Shown here piece by piece: positions 18,326 to 27,466 of a stretch of 54,485 nt of DNA. A program made the position numbers and the translations under genes. The DNA is from Patescibacteria group bacterium (GTDB taxonomy: Bacteria > Patescibacteriota > Minisyncoccia > Phycocordibacterales > Phycocordibacteraceae), in NCBI GenBank assembly GCA_019752595.1, contig JAIELV010000001.1, forward strand, positions 1 to 54,485. Direction: 5' to 3'. The notes under the pieces are model-generated. The model worked only from the letters and a program-made list of their open reading frames with translations. It ran no database searches and had not been told where the DNA came from. The first letter of the stretch is position 1. Every line of letters begins with the position of its first letter.

Positions 18326-19592
18326 TCTAATAGCAAAATTTAAAGAGATGCGCTGGGAGGTATGGCTTCATCGTCGGTTTCCTCCATTTGTGACGTATCT
18401 CATGATGAAGCACGCAACTCCAAGTGCTTTTAAAGCACAAGGTCTTACGGGGCAATTTCCGTTCGCACTCTATGATACCGATGATTGGTACGGTACGCCC
18501 GAAATGTTTTCAGCTGCAGGCGCAGAGGCGGAGCAATTTCTTAAACAAAAAAGCATATTCGTACTTACGAAACAGTGTGAGGATGTATTGGAACGGGGGC
18601 GTCGCGAATTGCCGCAGTTATGTGAAAGCAAAGAATCTGCACGCGTTTTGTTTGAGAAGGTGCTTTCGATCATAGAGCCAGCAAATTTGTATATATGGAT
18701 TGCACACGCAGGTGAAGCATACTATTTGCCCGTTATACGTGAGGCATTGCGACCGCATGTAGGTGCTGATGAGTTGGAAAAATTCATCGGAGACATAAGT
18801 TTGCCCACCAAGAAGAACGCGCTTGCGCAGATGGAAGACGATATTCGTGCTGGCATGGAAACCGACGAGTTACATAAAAAATACGCGTGGCTGAAGTCGA
18901 GAGGAGGTTTCCAACCTGGGTACACACTAGAAGAGATTACTGATATTCAAGGAAAGACTTTAGAAAAAGCCCCTGTGCACCACTTGCGTCCCGAAATCCC
19001 TAACGGATTGGAAAACTTAATACACGAGGCTCGTGAATTGGTGTACTTACGCACACTACGAACTGATGCTTTGTATGAGATGTATTACTTGGCTCAACCA
19101 GTTTTTAGTCGGTACGCTGCAGAGATTGGAGTTCAGAACTTGAAAGACTATATTTCCGACGAATTGCTGGCAGGAGTAGTTTCTGAAGTTCCACACGAGT
19201 ATGCAATCCTAAAAGACGAGGACGATGTGGTTGTAGTTCGCGAATCAATTGTCGCGAATGAAAATCTCACAGTTACCGAAGTGAAGGGGGTTGTTGCGTA
19301 TAAGGGAGTTGTGCGCGGCAAAGTAAAGATTGTGCATGTCCCTGCTGAAAGCTCAAAAGTAGAAATGGGTGACATTTTAGTAACGAATATGACGACACCA
19401 GCTTTTGTTTCGGCGATGCATCGCGCCGCCGCTTTTGTAACTAACGAAGGAGGGATTACTTGTCATGCAGCAATTCTTGCTCGGGAGCTTAAAAAGCCGT
19501 GTATTACTGGCACAAAAAATGCCACAAAGATTCTGAAAGACGGTGACATGGTTGAGGTAGACGCGGAAGCGGGGGTCGTAAAGAGGCTTTGA
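18312..19592 (+). CDS. Unknown helical domain fused to a C-terminal PEP-utiliser phosphohistidine swivel domain (paralog 2)
   Basis: C-terminus GVVRGKVKIV...GDILVTNMTTPAFVSAMHRAAAFVTNEGGITCHAAILARELKKPCITGT. It overlaps the HD gene by 14 nt. Confidence 0.8.
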   Translation: MGNDNLIAKFKEMRWEVWLHRRFPPFVTYLMMKHATPSAFKAQGLTGQFPFALYDTDDWYGTPEMFSAAGAEAEQFLKQKSIFVLTKQCEDVLERGRRELPQLCESKESARVLFEKVLSIIEPANLYIWIAHAGEAYYLPVIREALRPHVGADELEKFIGDISLPTKKNALAQMEDDIRAGMETDELHKKYAWLKSRGGFQPGYTLEEITDIQGKTLEKAPVHHLRPEIPNGLENLIHEARELVYLRTLRTDALYEMYYLAQPVFSRYAAEIGVQNLKDYISDELLAGVVSEVPHEYAILKDEDDVVVVRESIVANENLTVTEVKGVVAYKGVVRGKVKIVHVPAESSKVEMGDILVTNMTTPAFVSAMHRAAAFVTNEGGITCHAAILARELKKPCITGTKNATKILKDGDMVEVDAEAGVVKRL

Positions 19593-19758
19593 TCCCGCAC
19601 TGAAATGTAGCGTTATAGCTACCGTTGCTTTCATCGAATTTCGCAGGAAATCCATTGCCTTCGGGGTTATTCCGTAGAGTCGCTATAAAACTCGAAAACG
19701 CCACATTGTAGTGACGGGACTTGGTTTTTTTCGGGCTTTCGGCTATACTCTTCAAACT

Positions 19759-20403
19759 ATGGTAATGGAAATAAAGGCGGCAAAACGAGGCGTTTCTGGC
19801 AAGGGCGCTCAGGCTTTAAGAAAAGAAGGTTTGATGCCAGCGGTTATTTATGGTCCGAAACAGGAGGCACTCCCAGTGGAAATGAACCAGCGCGAATTTG
19901 CAAAGGTACTTGAGAAGGCAGGTGAATCTACTGTTATCAGTCTTTCCGTTGACGGTGAGGCGCATAACGTTCTTATTCACGAAGTTGACTACGATCCTGT
20001 CACAAGCGTTGCACGTCACGCAGACTTTTACGCAATTGTGAAAGGTCAGAAGGTGAAAGTTGATATTGAACTTGAATTCGTCGGTGAGTCTTTGGCAGTG
20101 AAGCAGGGTGGAAACTTGGTAAAGGCGCTTCACGAACTTGAAGTTGAGGCAGACCCAATGAACCTTCCACATGATTTGAAGGTAGACATTTCAGTACTCG
20201 CTGAGCTTAACTCACACATTCTTGCAAAAGACATCCCACTTCCCGCAGGCGTCACGTTGGTCACTGGTGCAGACGAAGTAGTTGCAACAGTTGTTGAAGC
20301 AAAAGAAGAGGAGGTAGTGCCAGTCGCTGCACCTGATATGACCGCAATCGAGACATCTGTTGAGCGCGGCAAGAAAGAAGACGAAGCTGCCGCCGCCGAA
20401 TAA
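19759..20403 (+). CDS. rplY: Ribosomal protein L25 / Ctc form
   Basis: RKEGLMPAVIYG...VLIHEVDYDPV plus a C-terminal acidic extension. I moved the start to ATG 19759, 9 nt after a TATACT box; the track start at 19711 is a GTG upstream of that promoter. Confidence 0.88.
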   Translation: MVMEIKAAKRGVSGKGAQALRKEGLMPAVIYGPKQEALPVEMNQREFAKVLEKAGESTVISLSVDGEAHNVLIHEVDYDPVTSVARHADFYAIVKGQKVKVDIELEFVGESLAVKQGGNLVKALHELEVEADPMNLPHDLKVDISVLAELNSHILAKDIPLPAGVTLVTGADEVVATVVEAKEEEVVPVAAPDMTAIETSVERGKKEDEAAAAE

Positions 20404-20407
20404 AAAT

Positions 20408-20689
20408 ATGTTCGAAGCGGATGAACGATATTTAACTTCGCTTGCCCGTACGAACCCGAACCGAGCAAGTTTTTTAAGGACGTCATTAGAGAACTCCGAA
20501 GTCCCCCTGAGACAAACATCTGCCTTAGAGGAAGAACTATCTTCTCTTATTGCTGAACGTAAACATCAAGGCGAGGAGGCTCTGGCGCACCTTTGGAGAG
20601 GTATTCACGACGCTATCCCGAACGCGATTCATCCTGCAGTACGAGAAGGTATTTTCTTCGCGAACCTTACAAGAAAGAAAGAAAATTAA
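20408..20689 (+). CDS. Possible 93-aa hypothetical protein (doubtful)
   Basis: Open frame from ATG 20408 with no family recognised. A hairpin plus T6 (about 20437-20476) inside it could instead be the rplY terminator. Confidence 0.25.
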   Translation: MFEADERYLTSLARTNPNRASFLRTSLENSEVPLRQTSALEEELSSLIAERKHQGEEALAHLWRGIHDAIPNAIHPAVREGIFFANLTRKKEN

Positions 20690-20717
20690 ACTCCGCGCGT
20701 CTTGGTATACTGAACCA

Positions 20718-22094
20718 ATGACGCGTTTTTTTGTTGCCATGCTTGTGCTCTTTGCAGTTGCAGTTCCTGCTGTACTCTTTGCGGCTGCAACATCAGATGA
20801 TGTTCTGCGTCACCGAGCTGGACTTGAAGCACAACTTGCTCAGCTTGAACGGGAAATTGCCGAACAGGCTGGAGTACTTCAGGGTAAGCAAAAAGAGCGC
20901 CAGTCTTTAGAGCGCGACGTTGCCATACTGGATGCAGAAATACAGAAAGCAAAACTTTCCATCAAAGCCCGCGACCTGACCATTCAATCCCTGACTGACA
21001 ACATCGGCGAGAAAGCCGATACTATTGTTGCTTTGGATGAAAAATTAACTCGAGAGAAACAATCACTCGCTTCAATTTTCAGAAAGACGAATGAGATAGA
21101 TGATTACTCGTTGGTCGAATTCCTACTGTCGGCACGAAACGTATCTGATTTCTACGAAGACCTCGATTCGTTTGCGGCAATAAAAACAAACCTTCAGAAA
21201 TCGTTTGTGGTTATTGAGGGTACGAAAGTTGAAACCGCAGAAGAGAAAGCGACTCTCGAAGAGCGCAGAATTGAAGAAGAAGAACTCCGCGGACTGCAGG
21301 TACTCGAGCAACAGAAGATTGTGAAGCAACAGAAAGAACGTCAGAGCATTTTGAACGTGACGAAAGGGCAGGAGGCGGTGTACCAAAATATCCTCAAAGC
21401 AAAACAGAAAAGTGCTGCGCAGATTCGTTCAGAGCTTTTCGCGTTTCGCGATTCCGCCGCAATTCCGTTCGGCACCGCCCTTGATTATGCAAACCTTGCT
21501 TCGCAAAAAACAGGCGTAAGGCCCGCGCTCATTCTTGGTGTTTTGAAACAAGAAACTGATTTAGGTGCAAACTTAGGCTCTGGCACCTACTTACGCGACA
21601 TGCACCCGACGCGTGACGTGCCTGTGTATCTGAAAATCACTGAAGTTTTGGGCTACAACCCTTCCTCGATGCCCGTTTCAAAACAACCGAGTTACGGATG
21701 GGGGGGTGCGATGGGGCCTGGACAATTTATTCCTTCAACATGGGCGTGCTACGGAGGTTTTGTAAACGTCACGACGGGGAGGTGTGGAAAAGGGAAGGAT
21801 GGCACGTATAAAGGTCCGTGGGAGTATCAGGAATCAAAAGATGTGGTGAGAAGAAATCTTGGAAAGTCTACGGCATCCGATCCGTGGGCGCCGCAGGATG
21901 CGATTATGGCAACGGCGCTTTTGATGAAAGAGAACGGCGCCGCCGCGGGCACCGCGGCGGCGGAACGTCTTGCGGCACTACGTTACTTTGCAGGGTGGGG
22001 CAATGCAAATAAAAGCGCATACGCGTTTTACGGAGAAGGAGTTATGGACAATGCGGAATATTTCCAAAACCAAATAAACATTTTAGGTAATTAA
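20718..22094 (+). CDS. Secreted coiled-coil protein with a C-terminal lytic transglycosylase (SLT/MltB-like) domain
   Basis: Start set at ATG 20718, 6 nt after TGgTATACT, which gives the signal peptide MTRFFVAMLVLFAVAVPAVLFA. A long heptad-rich region follows. LKQETDLG (catalytic Glu) and GAMGPGQFIPSTW are present. Confidence 0.8.
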   Translation: MTRFFVAMLVLFAVAVPAVLFAAATSDDVLRHRAGLEAQLAQLEREIAEQAGVLQGKQKERQSLERDVAILDAEIQKAKLSIKARDLTIQSLTDNIGEKADTIVALDEKLTREKQSLASIFRKTNEIDDYSLVEFLLSARNVSDFYEDLDSFAAIKTNLQKSFVVIEGTKVETAEEKATLEERRIEEEELRGLQVLEQQKIVKQQKERQSILNVTKGQEAVYQNILKAKQKSAAQIRSELFAFRDSAAIPFGTALDYANLASQKTGVRPALILGVLKQETDLGANLGSGTYLRDMHPTRDVPVYLKITEVLGYNPSSMPVSKQPSYGWGGAMGPGQFIPSTWACYGGFVNVTTGRCGKGKDGTYKGPWEYQESKDVVRRNLGKSTASDPWAPQDAIMATALLMKENGAAAGTAAAERLAALRYFAGWGNANKSAYAFYGEGVMDNAEYFQNQINILGN

Positions 22095-22147
22095 CACCCT
22101 ACCTTCAAAAAACCGCGCCACTGTTTTTTGAGGAGTATACTAAACGT

Positions 22148-23176
22148 ATGTCGGAAGCTCCCGCCTCTTTGTTTCGCATGGCATGGGTGAAAATACTTCT
22201 TGCGCTCGTCGTCGCTGTTATCCTTGGTGTCATCGCGTACTACGGATATCAATACTCTCTCAGGAGCAATTTGTCAGAAAAATTACCTGAAACAGGCTCC
22301 ACGGTGATGTTTAGCGACCAAGGTATTGCTGAAAGGTTTGCGATGACACAATTCTCTTTCACGCAAATTCCGCCAGAGCGTGTGGGGGACACGGTCATTC
22401 TTGAATCAAAACCTTCTCCAACAGTCACTGGTGAAGAGATTGTTCTTATGCAAAAGGATGGAGTGCCTGGGATTATGCTCGGTACAAAAAATAAAAGCGA
22501 GATTAGCGTTCTTCTTGATGACGGCACAAATAAATCAGATCTTTTAGTTACCCCTGAAGGCATCGCAGTATTTGCAGTTTCGGCACGACCTGCACTTTTA
22601 CCTGAAGATCCAAAACCAGAAGATACTTCGCTCCCCGTTGATACGAGCGAATCAGAAGTAGAGGAAGTGGGTTCTGCTGATGGTCCTGTAGTACTTTCAG
22701 CATTTGTCGCCCCTCCTGTTACTTCAGCGGGCGGCCTCTTTGCGTTTAATCTGCAAAGTAAAAAAACAGTTCCGCTCGGAGCGGGAAAAAGTCCGCGGCT
22801 TTCTGAACTTGGTGGCGTGCTCGCCGTGAGCCCCGAAGGCGTTGTAGAGGTAAATCCATTTACTGGGGAGCGTGTCATTGTTGTTCAGTATCGCGGAGGA
22901 GATGCTGCAGGGAGTGCTCTTTCTAACGATGGCTCGATTGCTGCACTGAGACGCGATAACAGTTCTACCGTTGAATTTTTCAGAATATCTGGCATGCGCG
23001 GTGTCTATCTCGGTCAGATTTTCTCTTCTTCGCCCATGTATGGAACAGCGATTCTTGGTGAAGAGCACATATTTGTGAGAACTGGCAAAGACACTGTTGC
23101 GTTATATGCACTTTCAGATGATCCAAGTGCGGTCCAACCGAATTTCGCTCAGTTAGGACTTCTCTTGCCAAACTAA
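22148..23176 (+). CDS. Membrane-anchored hypothetical protein
   Basis: N-terminal TM helix (ILLALVVAVILGVIAYYG). No motif recognised. TATACT lies 6 nt before the ATG. Confidence 0.6.
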   Translation: MSEAPASLFRMAWVKILLALVVAVILGVIAYYGYQYSLRSNLSEKLPETGSTVMFSDQGIAERFAMTQFSFTQIPPERVGDTVILESKPSPTVTGEEIVLMQKDGVPGIMLGTKNKSEISVLLDDGTNKSDLLVTPEGIAVFAVSARPALLPEDPKPEDTSLPVDTSESEVEEVGSADGPVVLSAFVAPPVTSAGGLFAFNLQSKKTVPLGAGKSPRLSELGGVLAVSPEGVVEVNPFTGERVIVVQYRGGDAAGSALSNDGSIAALRRDNSSTVEFFRISGMRGVYLGQIFSSSPMYGTAILGEEHIFVRTGKDTVALYALSDDPSAVQPNFAQLGLLLPN

Positions 23177-23178
23177 CC

Positions 23179-25299
23179 ATGACGAAATCAATTTCAATTT
23201 CAGTACGTACCTTCGTTCTCGCTCTTGGAGGATTGATGCTTTTGTGTGCGCTGATTCCACAATCACTATTTGCTGCAGTGACAGTGTATGAAACACAAAG
23301 CAAGCGCGACTACTATGTCAAAGTCCAACCAGATATGCGTGCAAACGGCGGTATTGATGAAACTGCCGCGCATGGTTATCCGCAATACCAAGTGAATCAA
23401 GTTTCACCATCAGGACAACGCATTTGTTACCTCTATGACCCAACGGCATACCCGACCACGTGGTCCCTGGGCGGTTTTAATTCTCCAGGGAACAACAGAA
23501 TGGCGGCGTGGGACCCCGCGCAAAATAAGTGGATTGCTCGATCAGCGGGTACCTTTGGTAACAAACGCTACAACTACATCACCTGTAAAACTGACGCAAA
23601 GGCTGATACGTCGCTTACCGCAAACGGCGCTTCAGAAGTAACCATTAATCAGGGTGAATCAGTAAATCTTTCATGGTATTCGCAGTATGGCGCAATTCGT
23701 AAAGCCGCATGCACGGCGACCAATTTCTCGACATCAGTTACGGTGCCTGCGTCAACACAGACAGTTGTTTCGAACAATGATTGCGGAGGCATAAACGGAA
23801 TATTTGGTTTCAACGTGGTGCAATTTTTTGAAGATTCGGGCTCGCAGTGTGGCAATACTACTTTTGGACAAGTTTCAGTTCCTGCATCAACCAGTCAGCA
23901 ACCATTTTCGGGAAGCCGAGCAGTTACACCTACTCAGACAACCACGTACACGTATTCATGCACGAACGCGAACGGAACCAACACATCAAGCGTTACTGTG
24001 AATGTGGTACAGCCCGACGTTGAGCCCATTGCGGTTTCCTGTAGCCCAAGCCCGTCTTCGGGTGTCACTAACGAACCAATTACTTGGAGCTCACAAATTT
24101 TGAACCATGACGGCCCGTTTACCTACGAATGGCAGGGAAGTGATGGACTTACGGGAAATACTGCGTCCGTTCGAAAAACCTATACAAATCCAGGTACGAA
24201 AACTGCACGGTTGAAAGTGACGTTTACCCCCGAAGCAGGGGAAACACCACCGACACCTGTAATACCTACATCGACATGCCTCCCCGCGAATTCAGAAGTT
24301 CCCGCAGGCTACCTCTGTAGCGCAGGAGGGTACGAAACATTGCCGTGGGGTCAATGTTGCAGTGGAGTCGCCGCTCTTCGTTGCCCAGCACCAAATGAAC
24401 CCGCTGAGGCGTGGTGCACGGGACGCGCGGATACAGGTGGCGGTACGAATACAACGAGCGTGAGTGGAGCAGGGCAGTGGACACTTGTCGGTTCTGATAT
24501 TTCAGATCTTGCATGCGGTTCTGGTGGCCGACGATCCCCTGCGAATCAGACAAATGTACGTGCGAACATGCCTGACTGTTCAAGTGAAGATCCATCTGGC
24601 GAGGCATGTACTACTGTCGGCTCGAGATGCAAGTGGAATTCTTGGTCAGGCGCTACGTGTAACGTGGTCAGTGCGATTTTCCGATGCGCTGCTACACAGA
24701 GCACCACACCAACTCCTGTGACGCCGACACCAACAGCAGCAGGATTTTCGATAACCACGGACTGCGATGGCACAGTCTGCACCAATAGAACCTGTACTGC
24801 CGACCCAGGTGGCTCATCAGGAACTACCCCAAGTAACCCCAACGCAACTCCAAACGATCCTTCAGCGCCGACATGGGGAGTGACGATAAACCTCCCAGGA
24901 CAGTGCCTTAATACTTCTATGTGTGTTGGTGCTGATGTTTACAATCAAGGACTCGATTGCTCAAGAGAATTTGTACGCACCTGTCCGTTTGGATGTATGT
25001 CAGGACAGTGTGTCGCGCCTCGACCTGAAATTGACCTCAGTATTTCTCCTGCAGGTGTTCGAAGCGGTGAGTCATGTACCATTTCTGTTGCCGCTCGCCA
25101 CGTAGCACGATGCACCATCAGCGGACAAGGTATTTCACAGGTGCTGACGCCGAATGCTTCTGGCGTCGTTCCAAGCCAATCTTTCAGCACCCCTGGTATG
25201 ACCAACACCTCTGACTACACTGTTTCGTGTGAAAGTCCGCGCGGTAGCGTTACAGAGTCTGTACGATGCACACTCCTCCCAGTCTTTAGGGAGACTTAG
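23179..25299 (+). CDS. Secreted Cys-rich protein with Ig-like/PKD-like modules
   Basis: Signal peptide ...CALIPQSLFA. PKD-like segment FTYEWQGSDG...YTNPGTKTARLKV. Ig-like module ends TTTYTYSCTNANG...VTVNV and DYTVSCESPRG...VRC. The C-terminal half contains many Cys. Confidence 0.7.
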   Translation: MTKSISISVRTFVLALGGLMLLCALIPQSLFAAVTVYETQSKRDYYVKVQPDMRANGGIDETAAHGYPQYQVNQVSPSGQRICYLYDPTAYPTTWSLGGFNSPGNNRMAAWDPAQNKWIARSAGTFGNKRYNYITCKTDAKADTSLTANGASEVTINQGESVNLSWYSQYGAIRKAACTATNFSTSVTVPASTQTVVSNNDCGGINGIFGFNVVQFFEDSGSQCGNTTFGQVSVPASTSQQPFSGSRAVTPTQTTTYTYSCTNANGTNTSSVTVNVVQPDVEPIAVSCSPSPSSGVTNEPITWSSQILNHDGPFTYEWQGSDGLTGNTASVRKTYTNPGTKTARLKVTFTPEAGETPPTPVIPTSTCLPANSEVPAGYLCSAGGYETLPWGQCCSGVAALRCPAPNEPAEAWCTGRADTGGGTNTTSVSGAGQWTLVGSDISDLACGSGGRRSPANQTNVRANMPDCSSEDPSGEACTTVGSRCKWNSWSGATCNVVSAIFRCAATQSTTPTPVTPTPTAAGFSITTDCDGTVCTNRTCTADPGGSSGTTPSNPNATPNDPSAPTWGVTINLPGQCLNTSMCVGADVYNQGLDCSREFVRTCPFGCMSGQCVAPRPEIDLSISPAGVRSGESCTISVAARHVARCTISGQGISQVLTPNASGVVPSQSFSTPGMTNTSDYTVSCESPRGSVTESVRCTLLPVFRET

Positions 25300-25358
25300 C
25301 CAAGCCTTCTCAACGTGGGGTTGCCCCTAAGCCGTTTTTCAGGTATAGTCGCTGAGTT

Positions 25359-25616
25359 ATGAAAGCTGATATTCATCCCAAAAACTACCGCCAGGTTGTC
25401 TTCCAGGACGCCTCTTCAGGTACGCAATTTATTATGGGTTCGACTGTGGATACCGATGAGACGGTCACTGTAAACGGAACTACCTATCCTTTGTACATTG
25501 TTGAAATTTCAAGCGCTTCGCACCCGTTCTATACAGGCAAGCAAACAACCATGGACCGCGCAGGTCGCGTGGATCGCTTCAAGAAGCGTACCGCAGCTCG
25601 AGTTAAGAAAAGTTAG
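25359..25616 (+). CDS. rpmE: Ribosomal protein L31, type B (no CxxC zinc motif)
   Basis: [10 protein letters not shown]...[12 protein letters not shown]...GRVDRFKKR. Confidence 0.93.
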   Translation: MKADIHPKNYRQVVFQDASSGTQFIMGSTVDTDETVTVNGTTYPLYIVEISSASHPFYTGKQTTMDRAGRVDRFKKRTAARVKKS

Positions 25617-25627
25617 CTGTTTTTCCC

Positions 25628-25657
25628 GATACACCCGAAATTCGGGTGTATCTTTTT
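25628..25657 (+). terminator. Rho-independent terminator after rpmE
   Basis: gatacacccg-aaatt-cgggtgtatc forms a perfect 10-bp stem and is followed by ttttt. Confidence 0.85.
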
Positions 25658-25661
25658 ATAT

Positions 25662-26615
25662 ATGGAGGACATATCAGCATATAAAGAAAATCCAAAAACT
25701 GCATACCTTGCGCTTGAGTATGAACGCCTAGGCAAGGAGTTAGCGCGCGTGGCGGAGATGGAAAAAGAAGATGCGTCTTTGGCAGAATTAGCACACGAAG
25801 AACGTGTGTCACTCGAGGCGCAACAGAAAGCGCTTTTTGAGCAGATGGAAGCAATACTCGCACCTGACGAAGGCGTGGGGGACGAGCCTGTTGCGGTCGT
25901 TATGGAATTTCGTGCAGGTGCAGGCGGGGACGAGGCAGCCTTATTTGCAACAGAGCTCGCGCGTATGTATCTTCGCTACGCTGAGCGGAAAGGATACGAA
26001 ACAAAGCACCTTGATGAGGGATTGGCCTCAATCGAAATTAAAGGAAAAGATGCCTACAATTTTTTGAGATACGAAACGGGCGTGCATCGTGTGCAACGCA
26101 TTCCTGCAACGGAAAAATCAGGGCGTATTCACACTTCAACCGCCTCTGTCGCTATTTTGCCTATTCGCACGCACCCGAAGTTTGAGCTTAATCCCAACGA
26201 CATCGTAATGGAATTTTCACGCGCGGGCGGCGCGGGCGGGCAGAACGTCAACAAAGTGGAATCCGCAGTGCGATTGGTGCACACTCCCACAGGGCTTGAA
26301 GTGAGAAGTCAGTCAGAGCGAAGTCAGAAAGCGAACCGTGATAAAGCCATGCAGATTCTGGCTGCAAAAGTTGAGAACTACGAAGAAGAGAAGGCAGCAA
26401 AAGAACACGCAGAAGCGAGAAAGGCGCAGATTGGAACGGGTGACCGTTCGGAGAAAATACGCACCTACAACTTCACGCAAGATAGAGTCACCGACCATCG
26501 CATAAAAGAATCTTGGCACAATATCCCGAAAATTTTGGAAGGGGATTTGGACGACATGCTTGATACCGTGAAAGCAAGGGCTGAAAGCGTCGCCGAAGGA
26601 GGAGTGAACGAGTAA
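25662..26615 (+). CDS. prfA: Peptide chain release factor 1 (short N-terminus)
   Basis: PAT tripeptide ([15 protein letters not shown]) and GGQ ([18 protein letters not shown]). At 317 aa it is about 40 aa shorter than typical RF1. Confidence 0.9.
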   Translation: MEDISAYKENPKTAYLALEYERLGKELARVAEMEKEDASLAELAHEERVSLEAQQKALFEQMEAILAPDEGVGDEPVAVVMEFRAGAGGDEAALFATELARMYLRYAERKGYETKHLDEGLASIEIKGKDAYNFLRYETGVHRVQRIPATEKSGRIHTSTASVAILPIRTHPKFELNPNDIVMEFSRAGGAGGQNVNKVESAVRLVHTPTGLEVRSQSERSQKANRDKAMQILAAKVENYEEEKAAKEHAEARKAQIGTGDRSEKIRTYNFTQDRVTDHRIKESWHNIPKILEGDLDDMLDTVKARAESVAEGGVNE

Positions 26616-26617
26616 GC

Positions 26618-26644
26618 AAAGTGCTATACTTAGTATAGCACTTT
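26618..26644. terminator. Perfect 12-bp hairpin after prfA; possible weak or bidirectional terminator
   Basis: aaagtgctatac-tta-gtatagcacttt. Only the 3 T that form part of the stem follow it, so terminator function is uncertain. Confidence 0.35.
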
Positions 26645-26697
26645 CGGGGCGGGGCGTACGGTTGTGCGGTTGAGCCCTCTATGGTAGAGTTGCCCCC

Positions 26698-27405
26698 ATG
26701 TCTAACAATACGAACCCTCTGGTAGAAGCCCTTTTCAAGGTCGGGGCGCACTTCGGCTATTCACGTTCACGCCGTCACGCAACCATGAAAGACCTCGTTT
26801 ACGGATCGAAAAACAAAACCGACATCCTCGATTTAACCAAAACTGCACCCCTTCTTGAGGACACACTCACCTTTGTTCGTGGGTTAGGTGCACACGGTAA
26901 AACACTTTTGATTGTTGGCGGTAAGCCTGAAATGCAGGGGTTGGTAAAGGATGCTGCGCAGGCAATTTCAATGCCGTACGTTGCAGGGCGTTGGCTCGGC
27001 GGTACGTTGACGAACTTTGAAGAAATTAGAAAGCGCATCAAGCGCATGCAGGAGCTTTTAGCGGATCGTGAAGCAGGCACGCTTGCAAAAAAGTACACGA
27101 AAAAAGAACGCGTGCTTCTTGACCGCGAGATTACTGAACTTGAGAATAACTTTGGAGGTATTACAACATTGGAGAAAATTCCAAGTGCACTTCTTATTGT
27201 CGACACGCGTCGAGAAGTAATTCCTGTGAAAGAGGCAAACATTGTAGGTGTTCCCGTTATCGGCATAATGAACACTGACTGCGATCTTTCTGAAGTGCAG
27301 TATCCGATTGTGGGCAATGATGCGTCTCGTGACAGCGTAAAATTCTTCCTCGATCAGGTTGTTGAGGCATACCGCGAAGGAACAAAAGGAAAAGTTTCCG
27401 CATAA
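26698..27405 (+). CDS. rpsB: Ribosomal protein S2
   Basis: VGAHFGYSRSRRHATMK, RWLGGTLTNF and VDTRRE..PVKEANIVGVPVIGIMNTDCD. Confidence 0.95.
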   Translation: MSNNTNPLVEALFKVGAHFGYSRSRRHATMKDLVYGSKNKTDILDLTKTAPLLEDTLTFVRGLGAHGKTLLIVGGKPEMQGLVKDAAQAISMPYVAGRWLGGTLTNFEEIRKRIKRMQELLADREAGTLAKKYTKKERVLLDREITELENNFGGITTLEKIPSALLIVDTRREVIPVKEANIVGVPVIGIMNTDCDLSEVQYPIVGNDASRDSVKFFLDQVVEAYREGTKGKVSA

Positions 27406-27466
27406 TGTATACTGCCCGTGAGGGCACAGCATGCTTGATGCGATTTTGTAATTAATTTTTTTCACT

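Noticed and set aside
15283-19592. Annotating the PPDK_N and swivel proteins as phosphoenolpyruvate synthase (ppsA) fragments
   Set aside because: I found no PEP/pyruvate-binding TIM-barrel sequence. The swivel domains are C-terminal rather than central, and there are two of them. The genes are intact and translationally coupled rather than frameshifted pieces.
19593-19758. Possible ncRNA or riboswitch in the 166-nt spacer before rplY
   Set aside because: Only short stems were seen (gtagc-gttata-gctac) and a T7 run without a convincing preceding hairpin. Nothing resembled a known leader. The two minus-strand ORFs there have no support.
26645-26697. rpsB autoregulatory leader structure
   Set aside because: ggggc...gcccc could pair across the spacer. 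However, the TGgTAGAGT box 7 nt before the ATG implies a leaderless transcript that would exclude this sequence, and the evidence is too weak.
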